Below are positions 15,420-24,668 of a DNA stretch of 64,000 nucleotides, one piece after another. The stretch's first letter is position 1. Every line of letters starts with the position of its first letter. The stretch is from Dehalococcoidia bacterium (lineage in GTDB: Bacteria > Chloroflexota > Dehalococcoidia > Lucifugimonadales > JAGWBF01). The stretch lies in contig DAOUKR010000012.1 of NCBI GenBank assembly GCA_034421095.1, positions 9,592 through 73,591 of the forward strand, given 5' to 3'. Under the pieces are notes generated by a model. The model saw nothing but the letters and a program-made list of their open reading frames with translations. It ran no database searches and was not told the DNA's origin. Made by a program: the position numbers and the translations under genes.

Positions 15420-17477
15420 TTGGCAAGCTCCAAGCAGACAAGTGAACCGTCCCTTCAACAGGCTGGATTCACTTTAGACGACCCGGACTCCCGCACCCGC
15501 AGCCAAAGGCTGGATGTAGTGTACGCCCGGACCGACCGGGTGGAGCAGTTCGACATGGGCCTTTTTGAAGGATTTTCCTCCCTGCGCGCCCTGACCTACA
15601 CTTCCAGCATCCCCATGATTCTGGGCTTGCTGCGAGATTTCGACTACGACGATTTTGAGTGTATCTTCGGCCATAGCGGCGTGCTGTCTCCAGAGGCTGC
15701 GTCAATCATGTCGTTCCAGAATGTGGTGGACGAGAAACTGAGCCAAGGATTCGTGGGCGTTAGGGGTCTGTCCGAGGAGCGGCGGCGGGTCATCTACGAC
15801 CGGGCAGCAGCCAACACCGCCCGGTTTTACGTGGTCAAGGACGCCATTGCCCATGCCAAGATATACTTGCTGGAGAGTCCCGAGCACCGCCGAGTCATTG
15901 TTGGCTCGGCCAATCTGTCGGAGACCGCCTTCTCCGGTCGTCAGGCTGAAACTCTCATCGTATTTGACGATGACGAAGGGGCTTGGGACCACTACAACAA
16001 TCAGTATGGCTCAGTGAGGGAAATCGCCAGCAGCCACCTGCCACTCCGGGAAAAGCCGGTCCGGGCGGAGTTGATACCCATCCATGAGACGCCCGCTCTA
16101 CGGGACGCCGAATCAGATTCACAAGGGATAACTATGTATGTGCCAGCCACCCAAGACGAGGAGGCCGACTTCACCCTACCTCGCATCCTAACTCAAGTAG
16201 AGCGCATTAAGCCTGTCCATACCAAAGCTCTGGCTGACCAGAAGCCCACTCGGGACGGCAACTTGCACATAGACTCCCGCATCGTCAAGCAGATGACCCG
16301 AATTGTAACCGCCCGCCAGGATGAGGAAGACACTGGCCCTCAAACTTATCTGTCTTACTCCAACGGGGAGTTTAGCCTATCGGGCAAGGAAATGGATTTG
16401 AAGCCCGACCCTGCAGAGGTGCGCGGCGATGTGGAGGCCCTGCTGGAGTTCTTCACCAACTACGAGAACGGGTTTGTCGGCGATGTTCCGCGCTTGCAGC
16501 GGGACTACTTTACTTTTATGTGTTGGTTCTACTTCTCTCCGTTGATGTGCGACATGCGGAACAAGGCTATTCGCCAGGGCATTTATAGCTTCGACCAACC
16601 CATGTTTGCCGTGCTGTATGGCCAGAGTAACTGCGGGAAAAGCAGCCTGATTGAAACCCTCATGGCCTCCATGTTTGGCTACCCGCGCATCGTGGAAACC
16701 CAGCATTTTACCCGAAGAAACCTACGGGGCTTGCAACAAACCTACAGGCGTTTTCCAGTCGTGTTTGACGACGTTACCCGGAAACGCTTTAGCGACCATG
16801 CGTCGGAAATCATCCAGGACGACAGTATTCCGTATGGAGAATATCCATGCTTCGCCCTGTCAATGAATGCTGAAGCCCGTAGTTTTCAACCAGAAATCAG
16901 GAAACGTTGCCTGATGATTTATACCCGCACTTCCTTGCCCGGTGACAACCCGGCCTCCCGCCGCAGTCTCCAGCGCTCTGTATCGAATATCCGGGATAGG
17001 CTCACCACAGGCCTATATCGGGAATATCTGAGACGGGTCTTGGAGGAAATGGACTCCTTGACACCGTCGGACTACGACGGGCTGGACGTTCTCGAACTGT
17101 CCTCAACCACTCTATGCCGCTTAATCCGTCAGAACCTACCCTCCGGTGCGAAAATGCCTGCCTGGTGCGAACCCATGACCCTGGAACAGTACCAAAGCCG
17201 AGCCTTTGAACGGCCCAGGCTGGTGTTGGAAAATCTGCTGCACCGGGACAAATATACCGGCGAACGGCGTCCCCAAGTGGGTAGTTGGACCATCTCAGGT
17301 GAATCTGTAGTGATGGCCATAGACCCAATGAATGCCCAACGCACCAAAGCGGATATTCCAGACTGGATTCTGGACGACACTGCCAGCGTATCAGATCAGA
17401 TTGTGCTGAAACGCGATGTGCTGGAACAATTCCTGGCCCGAAGAGTCCGCCCGCGACGCTTTTGGTGGCACCGATGA
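15420..17477 (+). CDS. Fusion protein: PLD-family (single HKD) nuclease domain plus SF3-like P-loop NTPase domain
   Basis: HKD-type motif HAKIYLLE-x9-GSANLS (nt 15852-15914), Walker A LYGQSNCGKSSL (16620-16643) and Walker B FPVVFDDV (16752-16775). The start is uncertain: TTG at 15420 directly follows an in-frame TAA, and the first ATG is codon 46. Confidence 0.75.
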   Translation: MASSKQTSEPSLQQAGFTLDDPDSRTRSQRLDVVYARTDRVEQFDMGLFEGFSSLRALTYTSSIPMILGLLRDFDYDDFECIFGHSGVLSPEAASIMSFQNVVDEKLSQGFVGVRGLSEERRRVIYDRAAANTARFYVVKDAIAHAKIYLLESPEHRRVIVGSANLSETAFSGRQAETLIVFDDDEGAWDHYNNQYGSVREIASSHLPLREKPVRAELIPIHETPALRDAESDSQGITMYVPATQDEEADFTLPRILTQVERIKPVHTKALADQKPTRDGNLHIDSRIVKQMTRIVTARQDEEDTGPQTYLSYSNGEFSLSGKEMDLKPDPAEVRGDVEALLEFFTNYENGFVGDVPRLQRDYFTFMCWFYFSPLMCDMRNKAIRQGIYSFDQPMFAVLYGQSNCGKSSLIETLMASMFGYPRIVETQHFTRRNLRGLQQTYRRFPVVFDDVTRKRFSDHASEIIQDDSIPYGEYPCFALSMNAEARSFQPEIRKRCLMIYTRTSLPGDNPASRRSLQRSVSNIRDRLTTGLYREYLRRVLEEMDSLTPSDYDGLDVLELSSTTLCRLIRQNLPSGAKMPAWCEPMTLEQYQSRAFERPRLVLENLLHRDKYTGERRPQVGSWTISGESVVMAIDPMNAQRTKADIPDWILDDTASVSDQIVLKRDVLEQFLARRVRPRRFWWHR

Positions 17478-17608
17478 TAATCAAAACAGACGTCTCTGAA
17501 AAGAATTCAGAGCTATGGGACATGATTTGGTAGCTCAACGCTTGCCGGAGGCATGACATAACATAGAGGCCGTCAGAGGTGCGGTTTTCGGATGAGGAGG
17601 CGGAATAT

Positions 17609-18577
17609 ATGGACATACCCACACTCCAGGACGTGCTGGAGGCACGAAAGACGATAGCCCCTTACGTCCTTCGGACACCTCTTCACCACTACCCGGCCCT
17701 CAGCCAGTTACTTGATGCAGAGGTCCGGCTCAAGCACGAGAACCACCAGGCTCTGGGAGCGTTCAAAGCGCGTGGCGGCATAAATCTTCTCGCTCACATG
17801 AGTCAAGAGGAGCGCGCCCGTGGAGTCATTACAGCCTCCTCCGGTAATCATGGACAGTCCATCGCCTATGCCTGCAAGGTCTTTGGAGCACGGGCCATAA
17901 TCGGCCTACCGGAAGACGCCAACCCCCTCAAGGTGGAGTCCATGCGCAACCTGGGTGCCGAGCTGGTCTTCCACGGGAGCAACTTCGACCAGGCGAGGGA
18001 GCACTGCGAACGGCTTGCCGGAGAGGAGGGCTATCGCTATGTGCATCCTGCCAACGAGCCTCTTCTGATTGCCGGGGTAGCCACCCAGACCCTGGAGATA
18101 ATTGAGGACTACCCCGAAGTAGAAGCTATCTTCGTACCGTTGGGTGGTGGCAGTGGCGCTGCCGGGGCTTGTATAGCTGCCAAGGCCGTAAACCCCGATA
18201 TAAAGGTGATAGCCGTGCAGTCGGTCCAAGCGCCTGGCGGGTACCTCTCATGGAGAAACCGGAGTATTACCTCGGCTCCCATGAACACCAGGGCAGAGGG
18301 TCTCGCCACTGGTACCGGGTATGAGTTGCCCCAGAGCATCTTGTGGGACCTCCTGGACGACTTCGTTCTGGTGGATGACCGGGAGATACTTCAGGCCATT
18401 GCAGTGCTCATAGAGAAGGCTCATACGTTGTCAGAGGGAGCCGGCGCTACGGCTATGGCGGGGGCCACCAAGTATAAGGACGCAATAAAGGGCAAGCAGG
18501 TGGCGGTGATTGTCAGCGGAGGTAACATAACTCTGGCCCAGCTGCATGAGGTCATCAGGACCTATTTGTCCGGGTAG
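17609..18577 (+). CDS. PLP-dependent threonine ammonia-lyase / serine-threonine dehydratase family protein (no C-terminal regulatory domain)
   Basis: Contains FKARGG (PLP lysine), SSGNHGQSIAYA and GGGSGAAG. I moved the start to the ATG at 17609, behind a GAGGAGG RBS. Confidence 0.85.
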   Translation: MDIPTLQDVLEARKTIAPYVLRTPLHHYPALSQLLDAEVRLKHENHQALGAFKARGGINLLAHMSQEERARGVITASSGNHGQSIAYACKVFGARAIIGLPEDANPLKVESMRNLGAELVFHGSNFDQAREHCERLAGEEGYRYVHPANEPLLIAGVATQTLEIIEDYPEVEAIFVPLGGGSGAAGACIAAKAVNPDIKVIAVQSVQAPGGYLSWRNRSITSAPMNTRAEGLATGTGYELPQSILWDLLDDFVLVDDREILQAIAVLIEKAHTLSEGAGATAMAGATKYKDAIKGKQVAVIVSGGNITLAQLHEVIRTYLSG

Positions 18578-18613
18578 GTGTGGCTATCCCATCGCTGCCG
18601 CAGGAGATAGCCG

Positions 18614-19624
18614 CTACCGGCTGAAAAACCTGGCTAGCTCATCCCTCTCGAATTGGGGCAGATGTTCCAGCTCGTGACTTGAGGTTGAGATCATCTGCAC
18701 ACCATCTTCCGGACCGGTAATCTGGCCTATCTCGAAAGCCTCGATCCCCTCTCTTCCCAGAGCTGAGAAAAGCTGAGGCACGTCCTCGGGGGGCAGGGTT
18801 ATCAACAGTGCCCCCGATGCCATCAGCCCGAGGGGGTCCAGGTCGAGGGCCTGGCATATTTCTGCACACTCGGGCAAAATCGGTATACTCCCTTCCTCTA
18901 TAGCAAGGCCTACTCCGGCCGCTTTTGATATTTCCCACAGACCGGTTGCTAAGCCACCCTCGGTAGGGTCATGGAGAGAATTAACATTTACATTTGAGCA
19001 GGCTATATGAGCGTCCTTTAGTACACTTATCCCAGGGTAAAATAGTAATTCCTTTGCCCTGGCGATGGTACCAGCATCAATGCCTGAACCAGCCAGGGAT
19101 TTCTCTGCGTCCCTAGCCAGGAGGGCAGTTCCCTCCAGGGCGATACCCTTGGTGACCACTATGCTGTCCCCGTCTTTGGCGGCACCTGTGTGTACTAATG
19201 TACCTTTATCCACTTCTCCCAGCATACAACCTACAACTATTGGGTGGGAAAGACCCCTGGTTACCTCGCTGTGACCCCCAACTAAGGTAATACTGAGAGA
19301 GTCGCAGGCCTGCAGAATTTGGTCAAATACAGTCTCTGCTTCTGCCTCGGTGAACGTCTCGGGGACAAGAAGTGTAGCTAGGAACCAGCGAGGACTGGCG
19401 CCGGTACAAGCCACGTCGTTAGCGTTTACCTGGACCGCGTACCAGCCGATCAAATCTGTGGCAAAGGTTACCGGGTCGGTCTTGGCTACAAGTACATTGT
19501 TACCATAGTCAATCAGTGCTGCGTCCCCTCCTATACTGGGGCCTAGAAGTACCCTCTCGTCGTTAATCTGCACTTTGGCGAGGAGCCGTTCCATCATATC
19601 TACCGGGAATTTCCCTACCTTCAT
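18614..19624 (-). CDS. AIR synthase-related (PurM/HypE/ThiL superfamily) protein
   Basis: GGDAALIDY...AKTDPVTF...AVQVNANDVACTGASPRW...LVGGHSEV is the PurM-like fold signature. The start is set at MKVGKF (19624); the upstream extension looks non-coding. Confidence 0.75.
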   Translation of the reverse strand: MKVGKFPVDMMERLLAKVQINDERVLLGPSIGGDAALIDYGNNVLVAKTDPVTFATDLIGWYAVQVNANDVACTGASPRWFLATLLVPETFTEAEAETVFDQILQACDSLSITLVGGHSEVTRGLSHPIVVGCMLGEVDKGTLVHTGAAKDGDSIVVTKGIALEGTALLARDAEKSLAGSGIDAGTIARAKELLFYPGISVLKDAHIACSNVNVNSLHDPTEGGLATGLWEISKAAGVGLAIEEGSIPILPECAEICQALDLDPLGLMASGALLITLPPEDVPQLFSALGREGIEAFEIGQITGPEDGVQMISTSSHELEHLPQFERDELARFFSR

Positions 19625-19856
19625 TCCACGCCCTCTGTTCATGTATGAGTCGGATTCCTGCATGTCTTGTGACGAGGTTACTACGGTTTTGGGTACTTGT
19701 CCATCGGCCATCCGCATCTTGCAGATAGGTGAACGGTAAAGCTGAATCCGGACTGTTGTCCTATTGTCAGTAATACGTTGCACGGGGGCTTGGCTGCCAG
19801 TATAGTATGGGATGGCCGCCAGCCTATTTCACGAAAAGCTTTTCTTGGGCGTACAC

Positions 19857-20315
19857 ATGGACTACATATTTACATTCCTTCTGAGCATGACCCCCATAGG
19901 AGAACTACGCCTTGCGGTCCCCGTAGGAATGCAGCGCTACGGATTGCCCTGGTACGGAGTCCTTCCGGTGGCAGTCATAGGTAATCTCCTCCCGGCAGTG
20001 TTCTGGCTGCTGGTGCTCCCGCGGCTGGGGAGGTTCATGACCAGTTTCCCCAATCCCATTGGAAGGCTCCTTCTATGGCGTAGCGAGCGCCTCAGGAAGC
20101 AAAATGCCGACAGGTTCCATCGCCATGGAGCATTGGCGCTGACGCTGCTGGTAGCCGTGCCATTGCCCTTGACAGGAGTGTGGACGGGAAGTCTGGCGGC
20201 CTGGGTCTTCGAGATACCTTTCCGACGAGCCTTACCACCCATAGCCCTGGGTGCTATCATTTCCGGTACCGTAGTTACCGGCCTGACTGTTCTGGGAGTC
20301 CTTGTAGCGGAGTAA
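19857..20315 (+). CDS. Small membrane protein, putative small multidrug-export family (COG2426-like)
   Basis: MDYIFTFLLSMTPIGELRLAVPVGM...VIGNLLPAVFWLLVL, with several predicted TM helices. Confidence 0.65.
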   Translation: MDYIFTFLLSMTPIGELRLAVPVGMQRYGLPWYGVLPVAVIGNLLPAVFWLLVLPRLGRFMTSFPNPIGRLLLWRSERLRKQNADRFHRHGALALTLLVAVPLPLTGVWTGSLAAWVFEIPFRRALPPIALGAIISGTVVTGLTVLGVLVAE

Positions 20316-20371
20316 TACGCCTACCTTTGAATACATTTTGACCGTTCTATACACTTTACAGTTCTGGAAAA

Positions 20372-20391
20372 TTCTTAAATTAGTTTAAGAA
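20372..20391. promoter_or_regulatory. Perfect palindrome in an AT-rich intergenic region (operator candidate)
   Basis: TTCTTAAA-TTAG-TTTAAGAA, located 17 nt upstream of the -35 element of the next promoter. A related TAAGAATTAT motif recurs next to the RBS at about 20447. Confidence 0.35.
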
Positions 20392-20407
20392 TAATTATAT
20401 ACTGGTA

Positions 20408-20436
20408 TTGACAAATGTCGGAACACGTGATATTGT
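20408..20436 (+). promoter_or_regulatory. Sigma-70-like promoter candidate
   Basis: TTGACA (20408-20413), a 17-nt spacer, then TATTGT (20431-20436), upstream of the small HTH gene. Confidence 0.5.
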
Positions 20437-20473
20437 ATCTGAAGACGTAAGAATTATCTAGGAGGCAGCAGGA

Positions 20474-20698
20474 ATGGCGAGGAAGACCAAGCTAATGCAG
20501 AGGGTCGAGGACAGCCAGCAGAGGCCGTTAGAGCGGCTTCTACCAGAGATGGTGAACGAAAAGGGCCTCTCCGTTACAGCTGAGGAGTTGGGGGTGAGCA
20601 AAGCAACCTTGGGATATTGGCTGCTCAAGCTGGGTATCAATGTGCGCCGTGTGGCCCTCGCTCCAGGTGAGACCCTTGAGGTGAAACGCGCCAGCTAG
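20474..20698 (+). CDS. Small putative helix-turn-helix protein (74 aa)
   Basis: LSVTAEELGVSKATLGYWLLKLGI looks like an HTH. It has an AGGAGG RBS and its own promoter. Confidence 0.55.
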   Translation: MARKTKLMQRVEDSQQRPLERLLPEMVNEKGLSVTAEELGVSKATLGYWLLKLGINVRRVALAPGETLEVKRAS

Positions 20699-21092
20699 TC
20701 TTTACCGAAGCTACCCGGAGAACCAGATCTGTCTTGCCCTTGCTTGACGGTCCAGTCGCAGAGAAATGTACTCCGGCACCTCAAAAATGCAGTGACAAAA
20801 GCAGGCCCGCCGGCTCAGTCGGTTGGGCCTTCATCGTTTACAAGATGACATAAGTGTGCTTCCCTCTGACGCCCTGGATTATGGCGGACAACTTCAGGCT
20901 TGTCTATCAAGTCCACCTAGGCCCTCACAGCTTTCTGAGAAGAGGGTAGATGGCAGCACGAGAGAACAAGGTCCAACCACTGAAAAGCAAGAGGAGTCGC
21001 CCGGTATCGCGATTTCTTGACAGGCTTGACTAGACTGTGATAGACAATGACCAGCGGCCCTCCGGGGCCAATCATAGTATCAGGGGAGTCAC

Positions 21093-21653
21093 ATGAAAAA
21101 GCTGGGCCTCCTTGGTGTGGGACTTCTTGGCCTATCATTCATATTGGTGGTGGCGTGCGGAGGCGGTGGTGAACAATCCACGGCTACCAGCGAACCCACA
21201 TCTACGTCACCCCCGGCGCCGACAGCCACCATCGCTCCGCAACCCACGTCTGCGCCCACTTCCCCGCCGATGCCCACGTCCAGGCCGGTAGAAACGTCAC
21301 CCTCAAACGGCAGCGGAGACCCCGTCGCGATGGGCAGAGAACTATACCTGAACGTCCCGGCCAATGCGGCCCCGCAGGCCCTCTGGTGCTATCAATGCCA
21401 CTTCATCGAAGGCATACCCGAGGCGGTCGGGCTTATAGGGCCCGAACACACCCGTATAGGTTCCGAAGCGGCTAGCAGGGTGCCAGGCATGTCGGCGGAA
21501 GACTATTTAAGAGAATCCATCGTGGACCCTGAACTTCGCATTGCGGAAGGTGTAGACAGGGCCACACCGGGCTTGATGACGAAGGCCATTGTGGAGAAAC
21601 TTACGGACGAACAGGTTGATGCGCTGGTGGCATTCATGTTGACATTGAAATGA
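21093..21653 (+). CDS. Lipoprotein c-type cytochrome (mono-haem)
   Basis: Signal peptide with a lipobox (LSFILVVAC), a Pro/Thr/Ser-rich linker, the haem motif CYQCH and a distal Met candidate (PGLM). Confidence 0.8.
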   Translation: MKKLGLLGVGLLGLSFILVVACGGGGEQSTATSEPTSTSPPAPTATIAPQPTSAPTSPPMPTSRPVETSPSNGSGDPVAMGRELYLNVPANAAPQALWCYQCHFIEGIPEAVGLIGPEHTRIGSEAASRVPGMSAEDYLRESIVDPELRIAEGVDRATPGLMTKAIVEKLTDEQVDALVAFMLTLK

Positions 21654-21685
21654 TACTCTACCCTGAGGAGATAAAAACGGAGCAG

Positions 21686-21727
21686 AAGACTGGCCTGGGA
21701 ACTCTACTAGGCCAGTCTTTCGTTTGT
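21686..21727 (+). terminator. Rho-independent terminator after the cytochrome gene
   Basis: 10-bp stem AAGACTGGCC / GGCCAGTCTT (21686-21695 / 21710-21719) followed by TCGTTTGT. Confidence 0.65.
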
Positions 21728-21818
21728 GTACACGTAGAATTGCGCACAACAAGACCGTTGACGCTGGAGCGGGCCAGCTATTATACTACGGCACACATTC
21801 AGGGAGTAGGGAATTGAT

Positions 21819-23024
21819 ATGAAGCTATCGTGCTTACAGGAAAATCTCAGCAGGGGCCTCGCTACAGTAGGGAGAGCAGTGGCTACCAGGACCACCCTCC
21901 CTATAACCCAGAACGTGTTGCTATCCACCGACAGGTCCATGCTCAAGCTATCGGCCACCAACCTGGAGATAGCCATCACCACCTGGATAGGTGCCATGGT
22001 GGAGGAGGAAGGCTCGATTACCGTGCCGGCGCGGCTCCTCACTGAGTTTGTGGCATCTTTGCCCTCGGAGCGCATAGACGTGTCCATGGCTCCCGGGTCC
22101 AAGAGCCTGAGTTTGACATGCGCCAGGTCCGAGGCCCACGTCAACGGCACCGACGTTGACGAGTTCCCGCCTATACCTACGGTCGAGAGCGGGTTGGCTG
22201 CCAAGATAGATCCCCAAGCGTTCAAGACGGCTATAAGCCAGGTGGTATTCGCCGCCGCTACCGAGGAGTCCAGGCCAGTGCTAACCGGCGTCAAGCTGGA
22301 ACTGGAAGGCGGCAAGTTCACAATGGCGGCTGCCGATGGCTTCAGGTTAGCAGTGCATAACGGCGAGCTTATGGAGCCTGTTGAAGAGCCCATAAATCTC
22401 ATACTCCCTGCCAGGACTCTCAGCGAGGTTAACCGACTCCTTGGTGAACAGGACACTCCGGTAGAGATGACTATGATTCCTTCTAAGGGTCAGGTACTGT
22501 TCCGCCTGAACAGCATTGAAATAGTGTCACAACTCATACAGGGTACGTTCCCAAACTATTCCCAGCTTATACCCCAAGGTTACCAGACGCGAAGCGTAAC
22601 AGACCTTCAGGAGCTATTGAGGGCGGCCAGGACCGCTTCTATATTTGCCCGAGACGGCAGCGGGATTGTCAGGCTCCAGATAATGCCCGGGGCCGACGAC
22701 CAATCAGAATCTGATGAAGGTCAGCGCTCCGGCAAAGTAGTGATTTCCGCTAGGGCAGAGGAGATGGGTGACAATCAGGGTGAGGTAGATACCTTCATTG
22801 AGGGTGATGAGTCTAAGATAGCTTTCAACAGTAAATACCTGCTTGAGGTTCTCTCAGTGCTAGAGCGTGGTGAGGTAGTGCTGGAAACCACCACTCCCTC
22901 CAGTCCTGGAGTGTTTAGGCCGATTCGAGGTGAGAAGAAGTGGCGGGACCGGGCGGATGAGGAGCGAAAGCCCGATGAGACCTACGTTCATGTCGTGATG
23001 CCGATGTTCGTGCAGTGGAGCTAA
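21819..23024 (+). CDS. dnaN: DNA polymerase III beta subunit (sliding clamp)
   Basis: MKLSCLQENLSRGLATVGRAV..RTTLPITQNVLL...LKLSATNLEI is a canonical DnaN N-terminus with a three-domain length. It carries an acidic insertion and a charged C-terminal extension. Confidence 0.9.
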   Translation: MKLSCLQENLSRGLATVGRAVATRTTLPITQNVLLSTDRSMLKLSATNLEIAITTWIGAMVEEEGSITVPARLLTEFVASLPSERIDVSMAPGSKSLSLTCARSEAHVNGTDVDEFPPIPTVESGLAAKIDPQAFKTAISQVVFAAATEESRPVLTGVKLELEGGKFTMAAADGFRLAVHNGELMEPVEEPINLILPARTLSEVNRLLGEQDTPVEMTMIPSKGQVLFRLNSIEIVSQLIQGTFPNYSQLIPQGYQTRSVTDLQELLRAARTASIFARDGSGIVRLQIMPGADDQSESDEGQRSGKVVISARAEEMGDNQGEVDTFIEGDESKIAFNSKYLLEVLSVLERGEVVLETTTPSSPGVFRPIRGEKKWRDRADEERKPDETYVHVVMPMFVQWS

Positions 23025-23169
23025 AGCCTGTTCAGGTATCATTTAGCTCCACGCATGACTGTGTCCAGCCTGCACCCTAGTACCTCTTGGCCTGATTGAC
23101 TTTGACAAATGACCCATGGCAAGCGGCGTACACGGCACGGGCCAGCGAAACGAGATAAAGATCGCGGGC

Positions 23170-23490
23170 CTATTGAATATCCGACTTTGAGGTGGCCTCG
23201 ATGCGCGTAACCACGACCTTCTCCCGGTCCAGGAACTCCGGTATCCGGGGAGCAATCTTGTCCTTCCAGTGATCGCTTTGATATACGGCCTCGTACAGAC
23301 GCTCTCGTTCCTCCTCATTCTCAAAACGGCGTATCCAGACGTAGAGGTCTTCCTCTTCCTGGCCCACGAAGCTTCCGATAATCTCCATCCCTTTCGAGGT
23401 CTGAAAGGGGATAATCTCATCTTCCATGAAGTTGACCCACTTTTCGCGCTGACCCGGTAGGGAGCGGTATTGCCTGAGCTCGAAGAACAT
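23170..23490 (-). CDS. NIPSNAP family protein (single domain)
   Basis: MFFELRQYRSLPGQREKWVNFMEDEIIPF... The start is set at 23490, behind an AAGGAGG RBS. Confidence 0.75.
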   Translation of the reverse strand: MFFELRQYRSLPGQREKWVNFMEDEIIPFQTSKGMEIIGSFVGQEEEDLYVWIRRFENEEERERLYEAVYQSDHWKDKIAPRIPEFLDREKVVVTRIEATSKSDIQ

Positions 23491-23762
23491 TTCTGCCTCC
23501 TTGTGCATATTATTGTTGGTTGAATATATGAAGGACACGAATGCTTGTCCCATTGCAACCAGGGAAATTATAGACAGGGTCTCAAGCCTAGTCAACAACG
23601 TCTATGGGCGAGGGAGTTGGGTAAAGGCCCTTGTCAAAGGGGAGGGGCCAAGCGAAGGTGTTCAGTGGTGAGTATGTGAGGTAGCTACGCGGCTCTTGCG
23701 AAGGAAGGCCCCGGCTTACGGGCGCGTGCCAGAATCTTCCCCGCGCAGGCCGGGGCCTTGAC

Positions 23763-24653
23763 TTAATCATTGAGATTGTAAAGCTGTATCGTGTTGTCGC
23801 GCAGGAACTTCCTCTGGGACTCAGGGTTCAGTTCCAGCGCCTGTATCTCCTGCATAGCCCGCTCCATGTCAATGACCGGGAAGTCGGTGCCAAAGATGAC
23901 TTTGTTTCGCCCCCAGCTGTTGATGAAATGGATAAACTCCGGCTTCCAATACCGGGGGGCGTAGGCGTCGGAGCCGACGTACACGTTGGGGTGTTTCCAT
24001 GCAACCGCGATCATTTCCTCAACCCAGGGATACCCGGTGTGAATGCCGACCAGCTTCAGCTCTGGAAGGTCACAAGCTATGGTGTCCAGCAATATGGGGT
24101 GTCCCACGGACCGAAAAGGCGGTCGGTCATTGATGTAGATGAGGCAATGGCCTACCTGCATCTGAATGGGAATGTCCAACTCGATACACTTAGCGTAGAA
24201 AGGGTAATATTTCCGGTGGTCAGGCTCCATTCCGAACCAGTGCGGGTACAGGTGGGCGCCGATGAACCCTAGCTCCTTCACTGCCTGCTCCAAGGCTCTG
24301 ACGCCCTCCATTCCCTCCAGAGGATCTATGCCTGCAAGCCCGTAGAAGCGTTCGGGGTACTGCTGTATCGCGTCGTAGACCTCCTCATAGGAGACCGAGT
24401 CCGTGAATCCCTGATGCTTTGAGCCGAGCTTGGCAGCAACGAGGAATGCCTTCCCAATTCCCGAAACGTCCATTTTCTGTACCAACTCATCCACCGTTAG
24501 AACCGGCTCCTCCTTGCCGAACTGGTTGTTGTAAAGTATCCACTGGTGCTGTCGTTTCTCCACTAACTCGGGAGTTCGAAGGTTGCAAACGGCGTCTATA
24601 GCCATTAAATTGGCTGACTGCTGACCTTGTGTCACAGGCTGCCTGCTCGACAT
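23763..24653 (-). CDS. Amidohydrolase-2 (ACMSD-like) family metal-dependent hydrolase
   Basis: AIDAVCN...GIHTGYPW...VIFGTDFP is the TIM-barrel amidohydrolase_2 pattern. Confidence 0.8.
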   Translation of the reverse strand: MSSRQPVTQGQQSANLMAIDAVCNLRTPELVEKRQHQWILYNNQFGKEEPVLTVDELVQKMDVSGIGKAFLVAAKLGSKHQGFTDSVSYEEVYDAIQQYPERFYGLAGIDPLEGMEGVRALEQAVKELGFIGAHLYPHWFGMEPDHRKYYPFYAKCIELDIPIQMQVGHCLIYINDRPPFRSVGHPILLDTIACDLPELKLVGIHTGYPWVEEMIAVAWKHPNVYVGSDAYAPRYWKPEFIHFINSWGRNKVIFGTDFPVIDMERAMQEIQALELNPESQRKFLRDNTIQLYNLND

Positions 24654-24668
24654 AGACCAATCCTTTCA

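Noticed and set aside
20316-21818. Possible oriC near dnaN (an AT-rich tract plus DnaA boxes).
   Set aside because: I found only one weak match to TTATNCACA (CTATACACT near 20347) and no cluster of boxes. There is no dnaA gene in the window. The AT-rich tract is better explained as a promoter/operator region.
21707-22456. 249-aa minus-strand ORF.
   Set aside because: It is antisense to dnaN and is Ser/Leu-rich with no motifs. The same reasoning applies to 10983-11573 (opposite GntR), 13447-14019 (opposite the alpha subunit), 41201-41761 (opposite the M20 gene), 57191-57898 (opposite the NHL protein), 62492-63115 (opposite the thiolase) and 37425-38039 (opposite MaoC).
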